Translations under genes and position numbers: made by a program
Origin: Octopus sinensis
Taxonomy: Eukaryota
Assembly: GCF_006345805.1 (NCBI RefSeq)
Contig: NC_042997.1
Coordinates: 28,148,001-28,212,000 of the forward strand
DNA length: 64,000 bases
Direction of reading: 5' to 3'
Part shown: one piece after another, positions 42,432 to 54,504 of the stretch
How the letters are laid out: every line of letters begins with the position of its first letter
Numbering within the stretch: position 1 is the stretch's first letter
Notes under the pieces: generated by a model
The model's input: only the letters and a program-made list of their open reading frames with translations
Databases searched by the model: none
Told to the model about the DNA's origin: nothing

Positions 42432-44199
42432 GCAGTTACAAACACGCTCATATATTAATGCCCATTTTTGCATTGCTATGTCTTTTCACGCAAACTCCAG
42501 TGACTAGAATACATTAGTATTAAGAAGCATACGAAACAATTTACACCTTTCTATTCCATTCTAAAATGTGGTCCTATCTCTTGTCCCTTAATTTTTTTGA
42601 TTTTTTCAATTAGATTCCATTCCTATAGGAAACCTCGTGTTTCCTACATACTTGTGCATGTTGATTTACATATTTTGTTAGTTGCCAGGTTTACGTCATT
42701 CTAGGTTATGTATTAGATCTAATAAAACATATTGTTAAAGTTATTGCCTAAAGAATAATGTAAGTTGCTTCGGGTTCAATTGTACCATGATGACCTATAA
42801 GATGATGACACAAATCGGCAACGAAACCCAGTCCAAACAAACCAAAACTCCGACTTCAAAAACCAAGCATTTTGTCTGATCACACTAGCATTTCTGTCGA
42901 AACCCAACTATTAAAAGCCTATTATGGACGATAATGTATTAAACTATTTATTTGACCTAAAGATCTCAAATGTGATCGTATTTTATGTTAATATTATTTC
43001 ATAGTCAGTTTATTTCAAAAGCAATAATTCGCATATATAAGATTATTTTCATTAATGCACTGAAGTATATTTCTGATTATGAATACTATATATTTCTGTT
43101 ACTATTTATTTTAGTTTCACTGAATACTTAATAATCCTCTTATTCAAAATTGCTGAATTTTTACAATTCTGGAAAACGCTTTGCTGCTTTGCTTCTGAAA
43201 GAATTTAGAAAGAAACAATATTGTAACTACTTATCTTTTCTGTCGCTAATGTTAGTGCGATCAATAACCGGAAACATTTGCAAGTGTAAATGGCGACTTT
43301 AACAACAAGAAATATATTCATTGAATTACTATATAAAAACATTAGGAAATTTCTCATGGTTTTAGTGAGTTTTGAAATTTTATATACGCCATCAACAGCG
43401 GCGTATATTTTCGTCGATAAATCATCGGACACTCAGTTAATAGACTGCTGATTCGCAAATTATCACTGTTCATGTGTTGTACCTAAGTTCAAAAACTATA
43501 AATTAAATCACCCTATCCTACGAAAGTGTAAATAAAAAAAGATTCAAATGTAATTATCAGGAATATTAATAATTTGACATGCCTTGTTAGCTGACATTAC
43601 TAAAAATAAAATTTCCGCCTCCAAATATTACCATGACTTGCTACTGATTTTGAAAATTAAAAATCAATATTATCATCAATTGGTACACATTAAGACATAT
43701 TTCTACTTCATGTTGAAAGTCAGAATTTTATAGGAAAATATCAACATTTGTATAGCATTCATGTCCTTTACAAAGGATTTGCTGGCTCAGGTGAAATGAA
43801 TTGGCTTCGATTGAATGACTGTTTAATTACTAATTTTATAGCGTATCCATATGCTGTAAAATTATTAGATTTGGTTTATTGAACTTGTTTTTTTTTTCTT
43901 CCATACTGTGGAGACTTCTCTTTGACTGAATACGCTGTGTTCGTTTTCGTTTATTTGCCAATATGAAAATTTGGAACTGGTATTTCAAGCAAATAAAATA
44001 CTTGCATTTTAGGCTGTACTCACACCGACTGTAAGCACAGATATCAGCGTGGAATATATTTAGAGGTTAGTGAGTTAAAGTCATTGGGCATAGACTTGAT
44101 CGAATGTACCCGAATGTGTACGGTCATAGAGATTATGTATATATATTTGTATGTCTTTTTCCCTTTTTAATTTAGAGTAAACGTTTGACTGGCCACCGA

Positions 44200-44850
44200 C
44201 CTGATAGCAAGATTGTGAAGGAAAGTATCTTGATTTAATGGTTATCCTTTAAATCTAGTTGCCGATATCGGGATCATTTGTACAATAATAATTAAGGACG
44301 TGTTTCTCTTCCCAAGCTTTTAAGTTCAGCCATATTTTCTTCCAGACAGGTGGCATATAACCTATTGCACCAATAAGAATGTGCCTGAAAGTGAAAGTGC
44401 ATATTGGCTACTGAATTTGCAAACTCCTTTCCCATGGACCATAGATGTCCTCATTCTCTTGAATTTTTAACCAATTTCTAACCAATTTCCAACTACATTT
44501 ATGTCGAAAGGCAGCTGATTTCCACAGGAGTGCATACCATTTGTTTGTAGACACACACAACGTTATCTCGCCCGCTGTGTTTTAACTTGGTGGCTGTTTT
44601 AATTGTTAAAATCCATTTGTATTTGTTGATCCGTTAGTCTCAATAACGTAAATTTTTGTAATCCTGTTCGAGACACTTCTGGCCACTTTATCGTGCCTCA
44701 TGATAAGCTAATTTCTGGAAGACCTTCTCTCACAGTCGCCGTGATTGTTTTATAGAAGCCACTATAAGAACATTACTGCTACTGCGACCAGAATCATGTC
44801 ATATCCCACCCACTCCTTCTTGTAAATATGTTGGTTGCTGTGAAAATACG
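44200..44850 (-). mobile_element. Highly decayed R4/Dong-type RLE fragment abutting the ribozyme array
   Basis: MRHDKVA, KTATKLKH, VEISC, IYGP..LQI, ILIGAIGY across frameshifts; similar to the 26340-27385 element. Confidence 0.6.
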
Positions 44851-44952
44851 TCACATGAGGCCATCGCCTTAAGTTAGCTATTTGATACACAAACTGTATC
44901 CATATAACCTTTGAACAAGGGAGGTCAGTCGCTCCACACTACTTGGCCGGCA

Positions 44953-44994
44953 GCTACAGACGCGTTTCGGGGTATTGCCCCTTTTCAATGCAGC
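44953..44994 (-). ncRNA. Minimal type I hammerhead ribozyme, U3-A8 core variant (array unit 1)
   Basis: Minus strand reads GCUGCA-UUGAAAA-GGGG caaua CCCC-GAAA-CGCG-UC^UGUAGC: 6-bp stem I, 4-bp stem II, palindromic stem III, GUC cleavage triplet. Confidence 0.8.
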
Positions 44995-45315
44995 GTAGCC
45001 AAACCAGTAGGTGTCGCTTCCGACAATCTCTGTTCAAAGGTTTTATTTACCTAGCTTCGGTGGAATACATCCACTTGTTTTCAATAATAGAAATATTAAA
45101 ATTACTAAGTCTCTCTAAAAGAGAACAACGGCAGCGTTCCCGGAAAATATTAGTTATCGCCATACTAATATGGCATTCTTATAAAAATAAGAATAAAGCT
45201 GACCGCTTATTAGCTCCATGAGGCCATCGCCTTAAGTTAGCTATTTGATACACAAACTGTATCCATATAACCTTTGAACAAGGGAGGTCAGTCGCTCCAC
45301 ACTACTTGGCCGGCA

Positions 45316-45357
45316 GCTACAGACGCGTTTCGGGGTATTGCTCCTTTTCAATGCAGC
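45316..45357 (-). ncRNA. Hammerhead, array unit 2 (type B)
   Basis: Same motif; stem II GGAG/CCCC (A.C mismatch), stem I intact. Confidence 0.7.
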
Positions 45358-45676
45358 GTAGCCAAACCAGTAGGTGTCGCTTCCGACAATCTCTGTTCAA
45401 AGGTTTTATTTACCTAGCTTCGGTGGAATACATCCACTTGTTTTCAATAATAGAAATATTAAAATTACTAAGTCTCTCTAAAAGAGAACAACGGCAGCGT
45501 TCCCGGAAAATATTAGTTATCGCCATACTAATATGGCATTCTTATAAAAATAAGAATAAAGCTGACCGCTTATTAGCTCCATGAGGCCATCGCCTTAAGT
45601 TAGCTATTTGATACACAAAGTATCCATATAACCTTTGAACAAGGGAGGTCAGTCGCTCCACACTACTTGGCCGGCA

Positions 45677-45718
45677 GCAACAGACGCGTTTCGGGGTATT
45701 GCCCCTTTTCAATGCAGC
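45677..45718 (-). ncRNA. Hammerhead, array unit 3 (type A)
   Basis: Same motif; stem II intact, stem I 3' strand UGUUGC (U.U mismatch). Confidence 0.7.
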
Positions 45719-46036
45719 GTAGCCAAACCAGTAGGTGTCGCTTCCGACAATCTGTTCAAAGGTTTTATTTACCTAGCTTCGGTGGAATACATCCACTTGT
45801 TTTCAATAATAGAAATATTAAAATTACTAAGTCTCTCTAAAAAAAGAGAACAACGGCAGCGTTCCGGAAAATATTAGTTATCGCCATACTAATATGGCAT
45901 TCTTATAAAAATAGGAATAAAGCTGACCGCTTATTAGCTCCATCAGGCCATCGCCTTAGTTAGCTATTTGATACACAAACTGTATCCATATAACCTTTGA
46001 AAGGGAGGTCAGTCGCTCCACACTACTTGGCCGGCA

Positions 46037-46078
46037 GCTACAGACGCGTTTCGGGGTATTGCTCCTTTTCAATGCAGC
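46037..46078 (-). ncRNA. Hammerhead, array unit 4 (type B)
   Basis: Same motif; stem II GGAG/CCCC, stem I intact. Confidence 0.7.
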
Positions 46079-46396
46079 GTAGCCAAACCAGTAGGTGTCG
46101 CTTCCGAACAATCTCTGTTCAAAGGTTTTATTTACCTGCTTCGGTGGAATACATCCACTTGTTTTCAATAATAGAAATATAAAAATACTAAGTCTCTCTA
46201 AAAGAGAACAACGGCAGCGTTCCCGGAAAATATTAGTTATCGCCATACTAATATGGCATTCTTAAAAATAAGAATAAAGCTGACCGCTTATTAGCTCCAT
46301 GAGGCCATCGCCTTAAGTTAGCTATTTGATACACAAACTGTATCCATATAACCTTTGAACAAGGGAGGTCAGTCGCTCCACACTACTTGGCCGGCA

Positions 46397-46438
46397 GCAA
46401 CAGACGCGTTTCGGGGTATTGCCCCTTTTCAATGCAGC
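46397..46438 (-). ncRNA. Hammerhead, array unit 5 (type A)
   Basis: Same motif; stem II intact, stem I 3' strand UGUUGC. Confidence 0.7.
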
Positions 46439-46755
46439 GTAGCCAAACCAGTAGGTGTCGCTTCCGACAATCTCTGTTCAAAGGTTTTATTTACCTAGCT
46501 TCGGTGGAATACATCCACTTGTTTTCAATAATAGAAATATAAAATTACTAAGTCTCTCTAAAAGAGAACAACGGCAGCGTTCCCGGAAAATATTAGTTAT
46601 CGCCATACTAATATGGCATTTTATAAAATAGAATAAAGCTGACCGCTTATTAGCTCCATCAGGCCATCGCCTTAAGTTAGCTATTTGATACACAAACTGT
46701 ATCCATATAACCTTTGAACAAGGGAGGTCAGTCGCTCCACACTACTTGGCCGGCA

Positions 46756-46797
46756 GCTACAGACGCGTTTCGGGGTATTGCTCCTTTTCAATGCAGC
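46756..46797 (-). ncRNA. Hammerhead, array unit 6 (type B)
   Basis: Same motif; stem II GGAG/CCCC, stem I intact. Confidence 0.7.
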
Positions 46798-47120
46798 GTA
46801 GCCAAACCAGTAGGTGTCGCTTCCGACAATCTCTGTTCAAGGTTTTTTATTTACCTAGCTTCGGTGGAATACATCCACTTGTTTTCAATAATAGAAATAT
46901 TAAAAATACTAAGTCTCTCTAAAAGAGAACAACGGCAGCGTTCCCGGAAAATATTAGTTATCGCCATACTAATATGGCATTCTTATAAAAATAAGAATAA
47001 AGCTGACCGCTTATTAGCTCCATGAGGCCATCGCCTTAAGTTAGCTATTTGATACAACAAACTGTATCCATATAACCTTTGAACAAGGGAGGTCAGTCGC
47101 TCCACACTACTTGGCCGGCA

Positions 47121-47162
47121 GCAACAGACGCGTTTCGGGGTTTTGCCCCTTTTCAATGCAGC
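47121..47162 (-). ncRNA. Hammerhead, array unit 7 (type A)
   Basis: Same motif; stem II intact with loop CAAAA, stem I 3' strand UGUUGC. Confidence 0.7.
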
Positions 47163-47802
47163 GTAGCCAAACAGTAGGTGTCGCTTCCGACAATCTCTGT
47201 TCAAAGTTTTATTTACCTAGCTTCGGTGGAATACATCCACTTGTTTTCAATAATAGAAATATTAAAATTACTAAGTCTCTCTAAAAGAGAACAACGGCAG
47301 CGTTCCGGAAAATATTAGTTATCGCCATACTAATAAGAATGCCGTATTAGTATTATTCGAAGTCGTAGAGTTTTATTTTAAGAATATTTGGCTGTTATTT
47401 CTAGCTGGTAAAAATGACCGATGAGATAGTTTCTTGTTTTACTGATGCTTTTTTCAGTCTGAGTAAGCAAACTTATCCTCATAGTCATTAAAAGAAATAA
47501 ATTGTGTGTTGCAAAAGATCTGGCTAAACTTCTTGGCAAGACAAGTAAAATATTTCTTGCATACATAAATGTTTTCGTTTCATCTTTCTGTCTATTCGAC
47601 TATTTCTCTCTACCTCTCTGATTATCTTCATGGACAAATTCATCACAATCGCTAAGTTATCTTCTGATGTGTCAATCATTCTCTCTTTCAGTTTCTTCTC
47701 TCTTATTTATTTCTCTCTTCTAGATTTTGTCTCATGTGGAATATTGTTAGACAACGTGGTAAGAGTCTTTAGATAGAAGAGAATGAGAAATTGAAATATT
47801 CT

Positions 47803-48373
47803 TTTCTACTCTAGGCATAAGACCCTAGATTTTTTGGGGAGGGGGCCAGCCGATTAGATCGATCCAGTACGCAACTGGTACTTAATTCATCAACCCCATT
47901 AGGATGAAAGGCAAAGTCGACCTCAGCGGAATTTGAACTCAGAACACAAAGATAGACGAAATACCTATTTCTTTACTACCCACAAGAGGCTAAACACAGA
48001 GGAGACAGACAAGGACAGACAAACGGATTAAGTCGATTACATCGACCTCGGTGCATAACTGGCACTTATTTAATCGATCCGGATAGGATGAACGGCAAAG
48101 TCGACCTTGGTGGAATTTGAACTCAGAACGTAACGGCAGACAAAATACCTATTTCTTTACTACCCACAAGGGGCTAAACACAGAGGAGACACACAAGGAC
48201 AGACAGACGGATTAAGTCGACCCCAGTGTGTAACTGGTACCTAATTTATCGACTCCGAAAGGATGAAAGGCAAAGTCGACCTCGGCGGAATTTGAACTCT
48301 GAACGTAGCAGCAGACGAAATACCGCTAAGAATTTCGTCCGGCCTGCTAACGATTCTGCCAGCTCGCCGCCTT
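47803..48373 (-). mobile_element. tRNA-derived SINE family B trimer (one full head + two head-truncated tandem copies)
   Basis: AAGTCGACCT(C/T)(G/A)G..GAATTTGAACTC occurs 3x; one intact head GGCGGCGAGCTGGCAGAA at 48373. Confidence 0.9.
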
Positions 48374-51300
48374 GGGAAATTCAAATGTTTAAACATTAAA
48401 ATCATTGTTGTGAGACGATGGGAAAATAATGCTTTTTATAGATATGTTTTAAGTATCACGACAAAACGAGAACACCGCCACTTAGACAAATTATGCGTAT
48501 ATCAATATATATAGTTACACACACACACGCGCGCAGATATATACATATTCCATATGCTCACTCACACACTCAGACAGTCACACTGACACACACACATGTA
48601 TATATCACATAAATAGTTAGCTTTATAGCAGTTTTGTTTCCGGTATACGTTGCTTCCTTATAAACCGATCCCACAAAACTCCGGTGTTACTTGCAAGTTG
48701 TCGTTTATTTTCAAAACATTTGGCATACTAGTTCCATTTATTCTACAATGAATAATAGTGAGGTCTTAGAACCATTTACGATAAATTGTATTGTCTAAAT
48801 CAGATATGGGAAAATGTAGATTTCGAGGTCGTTTACTGTGGTCTTCCCAAAGAAGATTGTTTTCTAAAATAAAAAAAACAAAAATGAAAAATTATGATGT
48901 ATATATATTCATGAAATAAATATATTAGAAAGACATTAAGTGATCGGGCGTATATTTCTATATTGTATATCTACGTTTTTCGAATAAACATATATATTTT
49001 TTTCATCATAATAACTTTTTTCTCCACAGCGGGGTTATGTGCTTACACTTAATTCAATGTAACCATCAGCTATAAATGTGTCATATCACACATAGAATGA
49101 TGAATTGGCAGATTTATTAGAGTGCCACACACAATACTTCGCGGCATTAGTTTCGAATCTCTGCGCTCATCAAATCTCAACTTTGCCTATCATCATTTCG
49201 GTTTCGATAGAAAGAAAATACCAGACCAGAGATGTGCATAGGTGAAGCTTTAAAAAGATCGAAATAGGAGTATTCTGTTGTTCTAGTTCTTTGATTTCAA
49301 ATCATTTTACAGTTAACGTAAATGCTGCACTTAAACTATTACCCATTTAAAGACCACCACCAGTCATCTGGAGTGCTTTTAGCAGAGTCCAGTCTTTCGC
49401 TGGCTGCTGGGCCAGGCTTTTGAGTTGAGAATACTTTCTCCCATCCTCCCGTAGAGTCTATTTACATATTAGTGACATGTAGGTACGTGGTATTTCGTTA
49501 TGCATACATAATATTCTATAAATTATATTAAACGTTTTCATAAGACTGTACGACGTTCTGCAGCATTAGCAGTGGACTTTTCTACATCATTTATATGGTT
49601 ATCTCTGTATATAATCTATAGAAAGTATAGATTTTTGCTACCAAGTTTCGTATCGAGACGTCAGATGCATAACAGGTGATGGGCGTTTATGCCATATTTC
49701 GTGCGGTTTCGCCCCTTTATCAGCACCCATCTAACACATTAATCATCCTCGAACACGTTGCTTAAATATCCACTATATCTAGTGGTGTGTAGGAACTGGA
49801 TACACCAATTTACATATTAATCGCATTCCTGGAAGAGGAATACACTCATTGCCAGGTTTATCATATTCGATCACATTGTTTAAATCTGACATCTCAATAA
49901 GAAACGTAGCAAAAGCAATGCCCGCTGTAGTTTCTCTAGATTATCTATAGAGATAAACTTAATAAATAATGTAGAAAAGCGCGCTGCTAACGCAGGAGAA
50001 CGTGGTATTGTCTCATGACAACGTTTAATATAATTTATAGCATATTATGTTAGCATAAGGAAATGCCACGTACCTACAAGTCATTAATATTTACGTACTA
50101 TTTCCAACGTGAATGCCTTTTAAATGTAAATTGGCGCAACTCAGTTAATGCTGTTAAGCAATTTTTTTAAAGCTGCGGTCCAGAGTTGCCTCTCTTCGGT
50201 ACTTCCCATTGATAATTGTTAAAGATCTAGAAATGCGCCTGGGAATCCATAAGAGAAAATTTTAGTACTCGGTAACTACAGAGAATTTGTCTTTAGACGT
50301 TGAAATATGTCACAAACATATTTTAACTAACTGACCTAAATTTGCATATATATATTTATATATATATATATGTGTGTGTGTGGGGTCTGTGTGAGTGTGT
50401 GTGTGTGCGTGTGTGTGTATGTGTGTAAGATATGGGGAGATTTTGTCTGTGTATCTCAAACTAATAGGTATGCATTCTGAGAGCTTAAATTAGTATACCA
50501 CTAATATTCTGCTTTGAATTGCAGTTGATGATGTGAATTTGTACTTCTCATTTATCTATAACCATATATCTATGAACTTACACACACACACTAGCAAACA
50601 GACATACGCACTCACATATCATTTATTATATACAAGTATTTACACTATAATCAGTGTTACTCCACAGAACGAATTATTCACGAATATTGGATAGAAAAAG
50701 CTGCTTCATGCTTTCATATGTTTACAATATTTATGGGTTCAGTGATGAATGCTTTTGATATCTGATAAGCAGATGTAGGAATTTTTAATATCAAATTATT
50801 GCTATAGTGGCTTATGTATGGGTCATGAACCTCATTACTTCAGTTCAGTATTCAATCAATAGATTAATTTAAAAGTGTTACAGGAAGGTTAAATTAGAAA
50901 TGATCTTTGCTTTAAACGTGTTGTCTTCTTTACTATCATAGATAAGAGGTTAACTCTATGGGTTAGGAAATTTTTCTGTTTCAAATTTCAACAATCATAA
51001 TATTTTTATGACTTGGTTTCATTTGCTAAAATCGATCCTAATACTCGTTTTAAGTACAAAATCGTTAAGTTGCGGGTATGAAAACAAACACATACAGATT
51101 TCAATTGTTTTCTGTTAAAGCGAAATAAGATAGAAACCCACGTTTTTATGTATATAAAGAGAGAGAGAGGAGGGAGAGAAGGAAAGTGATAACTATGAAT
51201 AGATAACTAGGTATATGGAAAATATATCGGGTTAATAAACATGAAAGTCGGTTATTGCTTAGCAGCAAGAATATACCAACCAAAACTCTCACAATATATA

Positions 51301-51531
51301 TTGAAATATGTTGTGTTGAGCAATACGCACGCTAACTCATATATATATATATATTAAACAAATAAGCATGCGTTTTCTACGATAAATTGAGAAGGGTTGA
51401 CGTGTTGCAATTCTGTAAAGAATAATATTTTATAAGCTTAGAGCTTATAAGCGATTACCATGTATTGACTAGGGAAAATTGTTTAATATTGGGGCATATA
51501 AGCTCTCAACGGAAAACAATTGCGTTTTCCG

Positions 51532-51598
51532 TACGCATAGGACTCGAACCCACACCTCTATGTATTCGCCTTAAGTGTGCTACCATTAGACCAACGTA
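51532..51598 (-). pseudogene. Degenerate tRNA-like sequence (tRNA pseudogene or solitary SINE head)
   Basis: TGGTCTAATGGT A box, GGGTTCGAGTCC B box, TACGT/GCGTA acceptor-like pairing; irregular anticodon arm. Confidence 0.4.
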
Positions 51599-54504
51599 AT
51601 ATGGTTGTTTGTTTAAAAAATAACACCGAAGATTTAGTTCTAAAATCAGGCAGGTAGATGTGAGTAGGTACTAGAATCACATGGTTACGAAATGAATCTG
51701 TTAATGATGCAGCCATAGCTACCCATATATATGAGTTTTTTTTCACATAACATACTACTGAATGTTAAGGACATATATAAAAATCTTGTACAAAATCTCT
51801 TCCAACTTTATCTCATAGTTTATTCTCAAATTATATATATATATACATATATCATTCCTCTCTTTTCTTCATGTGTTATGTGTCATATCTAATTCTTAAA
51901 AGATGAATTTCCTGTTGAAAAGAAAGAAATATTTCGATTTTAGCTTCTTTTAGATTCGATGTTTTTTTTATGCTAAGAATTGCTGTTTCTTGTTCAACCT
52001 TGTCTGAACTGATGCTAGACTGACTAGATCCGTGATTAAAGACGTTATAAATTGTGAATATGCTATAGTTTATTCAGATATATATGTAGGCTAACACTGT
52101 GTTCGTTATGACCATAGATATGTTGCTGAGCAAGCTTCGAAGTAGAAATAGATCACAGAAAGTTTTCTGTTAAGGTAGTTTTCACTTTTCTGATCCCACT
52201 GCGTAGAAATTTCGTTGTTTCGTTTTAATATATGCCGTATCAAGCCACGGAACACTATGAAGATGTCGTACAATTTACTCAGTAATCGTATTACAATATT
52301 GCCATTTGCAGTGTCTGAAATATATATAACTCACGCCCACTATGTATAATTCACACAATGGGGTTACATAAATACTGGATATTATTTGTAGTACATCTGA
52401 AATTGTAGACTTTATGGCAACATATACAACACCGCAACAGATTGCATATCGTGTTTTGTGTAAGAGTTGGATATATCAAATTATCATTAACAAAGAGTCT
52501 AGTGGTGTTGCTGTATAAAGAAACATATTAGCTTTCACTATACGATAATCAGATTCAATAAATACCTGCTAAATACATCTGTTACTCAGACAATATCATA
52601 CAAACTTAGAATTAATCTATCCTCTATGCATTACTTAATTATATACACGAATTTGGGTGGATAATTACATGAATTTAACGCTTTCCAGCTAGGTTATCGA
52701 ATATTTTTTTAACTTCCACAATATGTTAATATTGAAAGTAATTATAGTTAAGTTGATGAAATTCCGTAGATTTTCAATTTGTTTATGTGCATTATAATGA
52801 TTTGGTATTTCTTTGTCGGTCACTGATCATTTTTTTTGCATTTTTGCAGTAAATAGTAAGGCAATACTGAATGTTAATTGGTGGATTGTGTGTATACCAA
52901 ATTTCCATAGTTTCTTTGGAAGATAGTTTTCTAGGAACCTTTTCTCATAGGACTTGGCCCCTGAGTTGTTAATGCCTGACTATTTTCCTATATATTGTAG
53001 GCATTAGTGTTACAAATCCTGCCATAATAAGGTGTAATGTTACGGATAAAAGGTCACACGCAGAACATGTTTAACAATATTATAGGAATAGCATTGTTAT
53101 ATTGTATCTCATTAATGTTTGTTATGGCAGGAATAATGCATACACTATTGGTAAAAATGCATTATGCTATTATTCACGTTTAATTTTACATTTCAAATCC
53201 CGTCGAAGGCAATTTCAGTTTGATGGGTTGATTACGATAACTAGGAGAGAGATTGCAGATTTTATGTAATCGACAAACTTTGTGAGGTTTCTCTTATAAG
53301 GCAATATTGATTGGTTATATTTTGCAAAGATTAGTTTAATATTTGCATAAAAATACATGCGTTTGATTAGGATAGGTCAATGACAATATGTGAACTTCTT
53401 TACACACTTATTAGGAGGGGCGTATCAACGAAAATCGTTGCATATAGATAGAAACCTGAAAATACGCCAACTGTTAATCCGGGTTTACCATTCGCTGAAC
53501 AACTGTAGAAATGACTTTAGCTGAAGAATTGTGATGACATGATCACGGATAGTGAATTTGGTATCATTTATGTGTATTAGGTGAGCAGCAGCTTGTTGTG
53601 TCCGTGACTAGATCATTTAAACTTATCAAGATTTGATATATTTACATTTCATTGCAAATCTAAAGATATATTTATGTGTCGAAGAAAACAATGAGAAACC
53701 AGTATCTCTTTTATTCTGGTTTGTATTCAGTTTACTGAAAACACAGTCTTTAGTGATTTCCTTATGTAACAAAATCTAAAGCCTGTGAACTAAAAGAGGC
53801 TTTTTAAATGATGATAAATATGAAGAGGTAGGAAGAGAGGAAAACCTGTTAAACAAAACCGTGATTAAATCAAATAAATATGATAGCAAATGCCTTCTAA
53901 CTTACACTTTCATAACAACTCAGACATCTTTTATATTAAACGAAACAATAACTAGGATAAAGTCTATGATCATAATGCAACATAATAAATTCAATTCTAT
54001 ATTATTTCGATATCTTTACACTAACTGATGTTATTCAGACATACGTTTGTATTATTCACAGTCTACTCACCACTGAAATGATATATGGCTATGTATATTG
54101 ACATTCACATTTCAGAAGCCATTTTTTCATAAAATCTCTGTTTTATAGTCATATCAAATGCATATATGCATAAGTGTTTTGGTAGTCATATGTCAAACTA
54201 TATACTTAATGGTTCACATATTTATGTACACATACAGATAGAATATACACGTATATATATATATACATATATATATACATGTAGTATATGTAGACATACA
54301 TACATAAATGCATACACACACACACACAGAAATATTTCTTGCATTTAACAGATATTGCTTTACATTTGTAGAATTATTTCGAAGAATTTATTCTTTAATT
54401 TAATAGCCAGGCCGAATATATTACGGAATCAGTAGAAACTAAACAGAAGAGAAGCACGTGGTGATAGAATAAAGGTAAATAGCAGATCGCCTGGTATGTG
54501 CAGT

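Larger units (their letters stand above)
44854..47353 (-). repeat. Tandem array of a ~357-364 bp unit (~6.9 copies), each with a hammerhead ribozyme; candidate non-LTR retrozyme / PLE pseudo-LTR multimer
   Basis: Unit starts (CATG/CATCAGGCCATCGCC) at 44854, 45217, 45580, 45941, 46298, 46657, 47021. Copies are near-identical, mostly differing by small indels. Confidence 0.95.

Noticed and set aside
44854-47353. CRISPR array or protein-coding repeat (repeated 92-aa ORF MAGSYRRVSG..)
   Set aside because: No unique spacers, 360-bp units and eukaryotic context. The ORF starts at TTG, is frameshifted in several copies and has no recognisable domain.
49340-49460. GC-richer patch, possible exon (minus frame ..KYSQLKSLAQQ..)
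   Set aside because: Weak splice signals; more like an eroded LINE 3' end; not classifiable.
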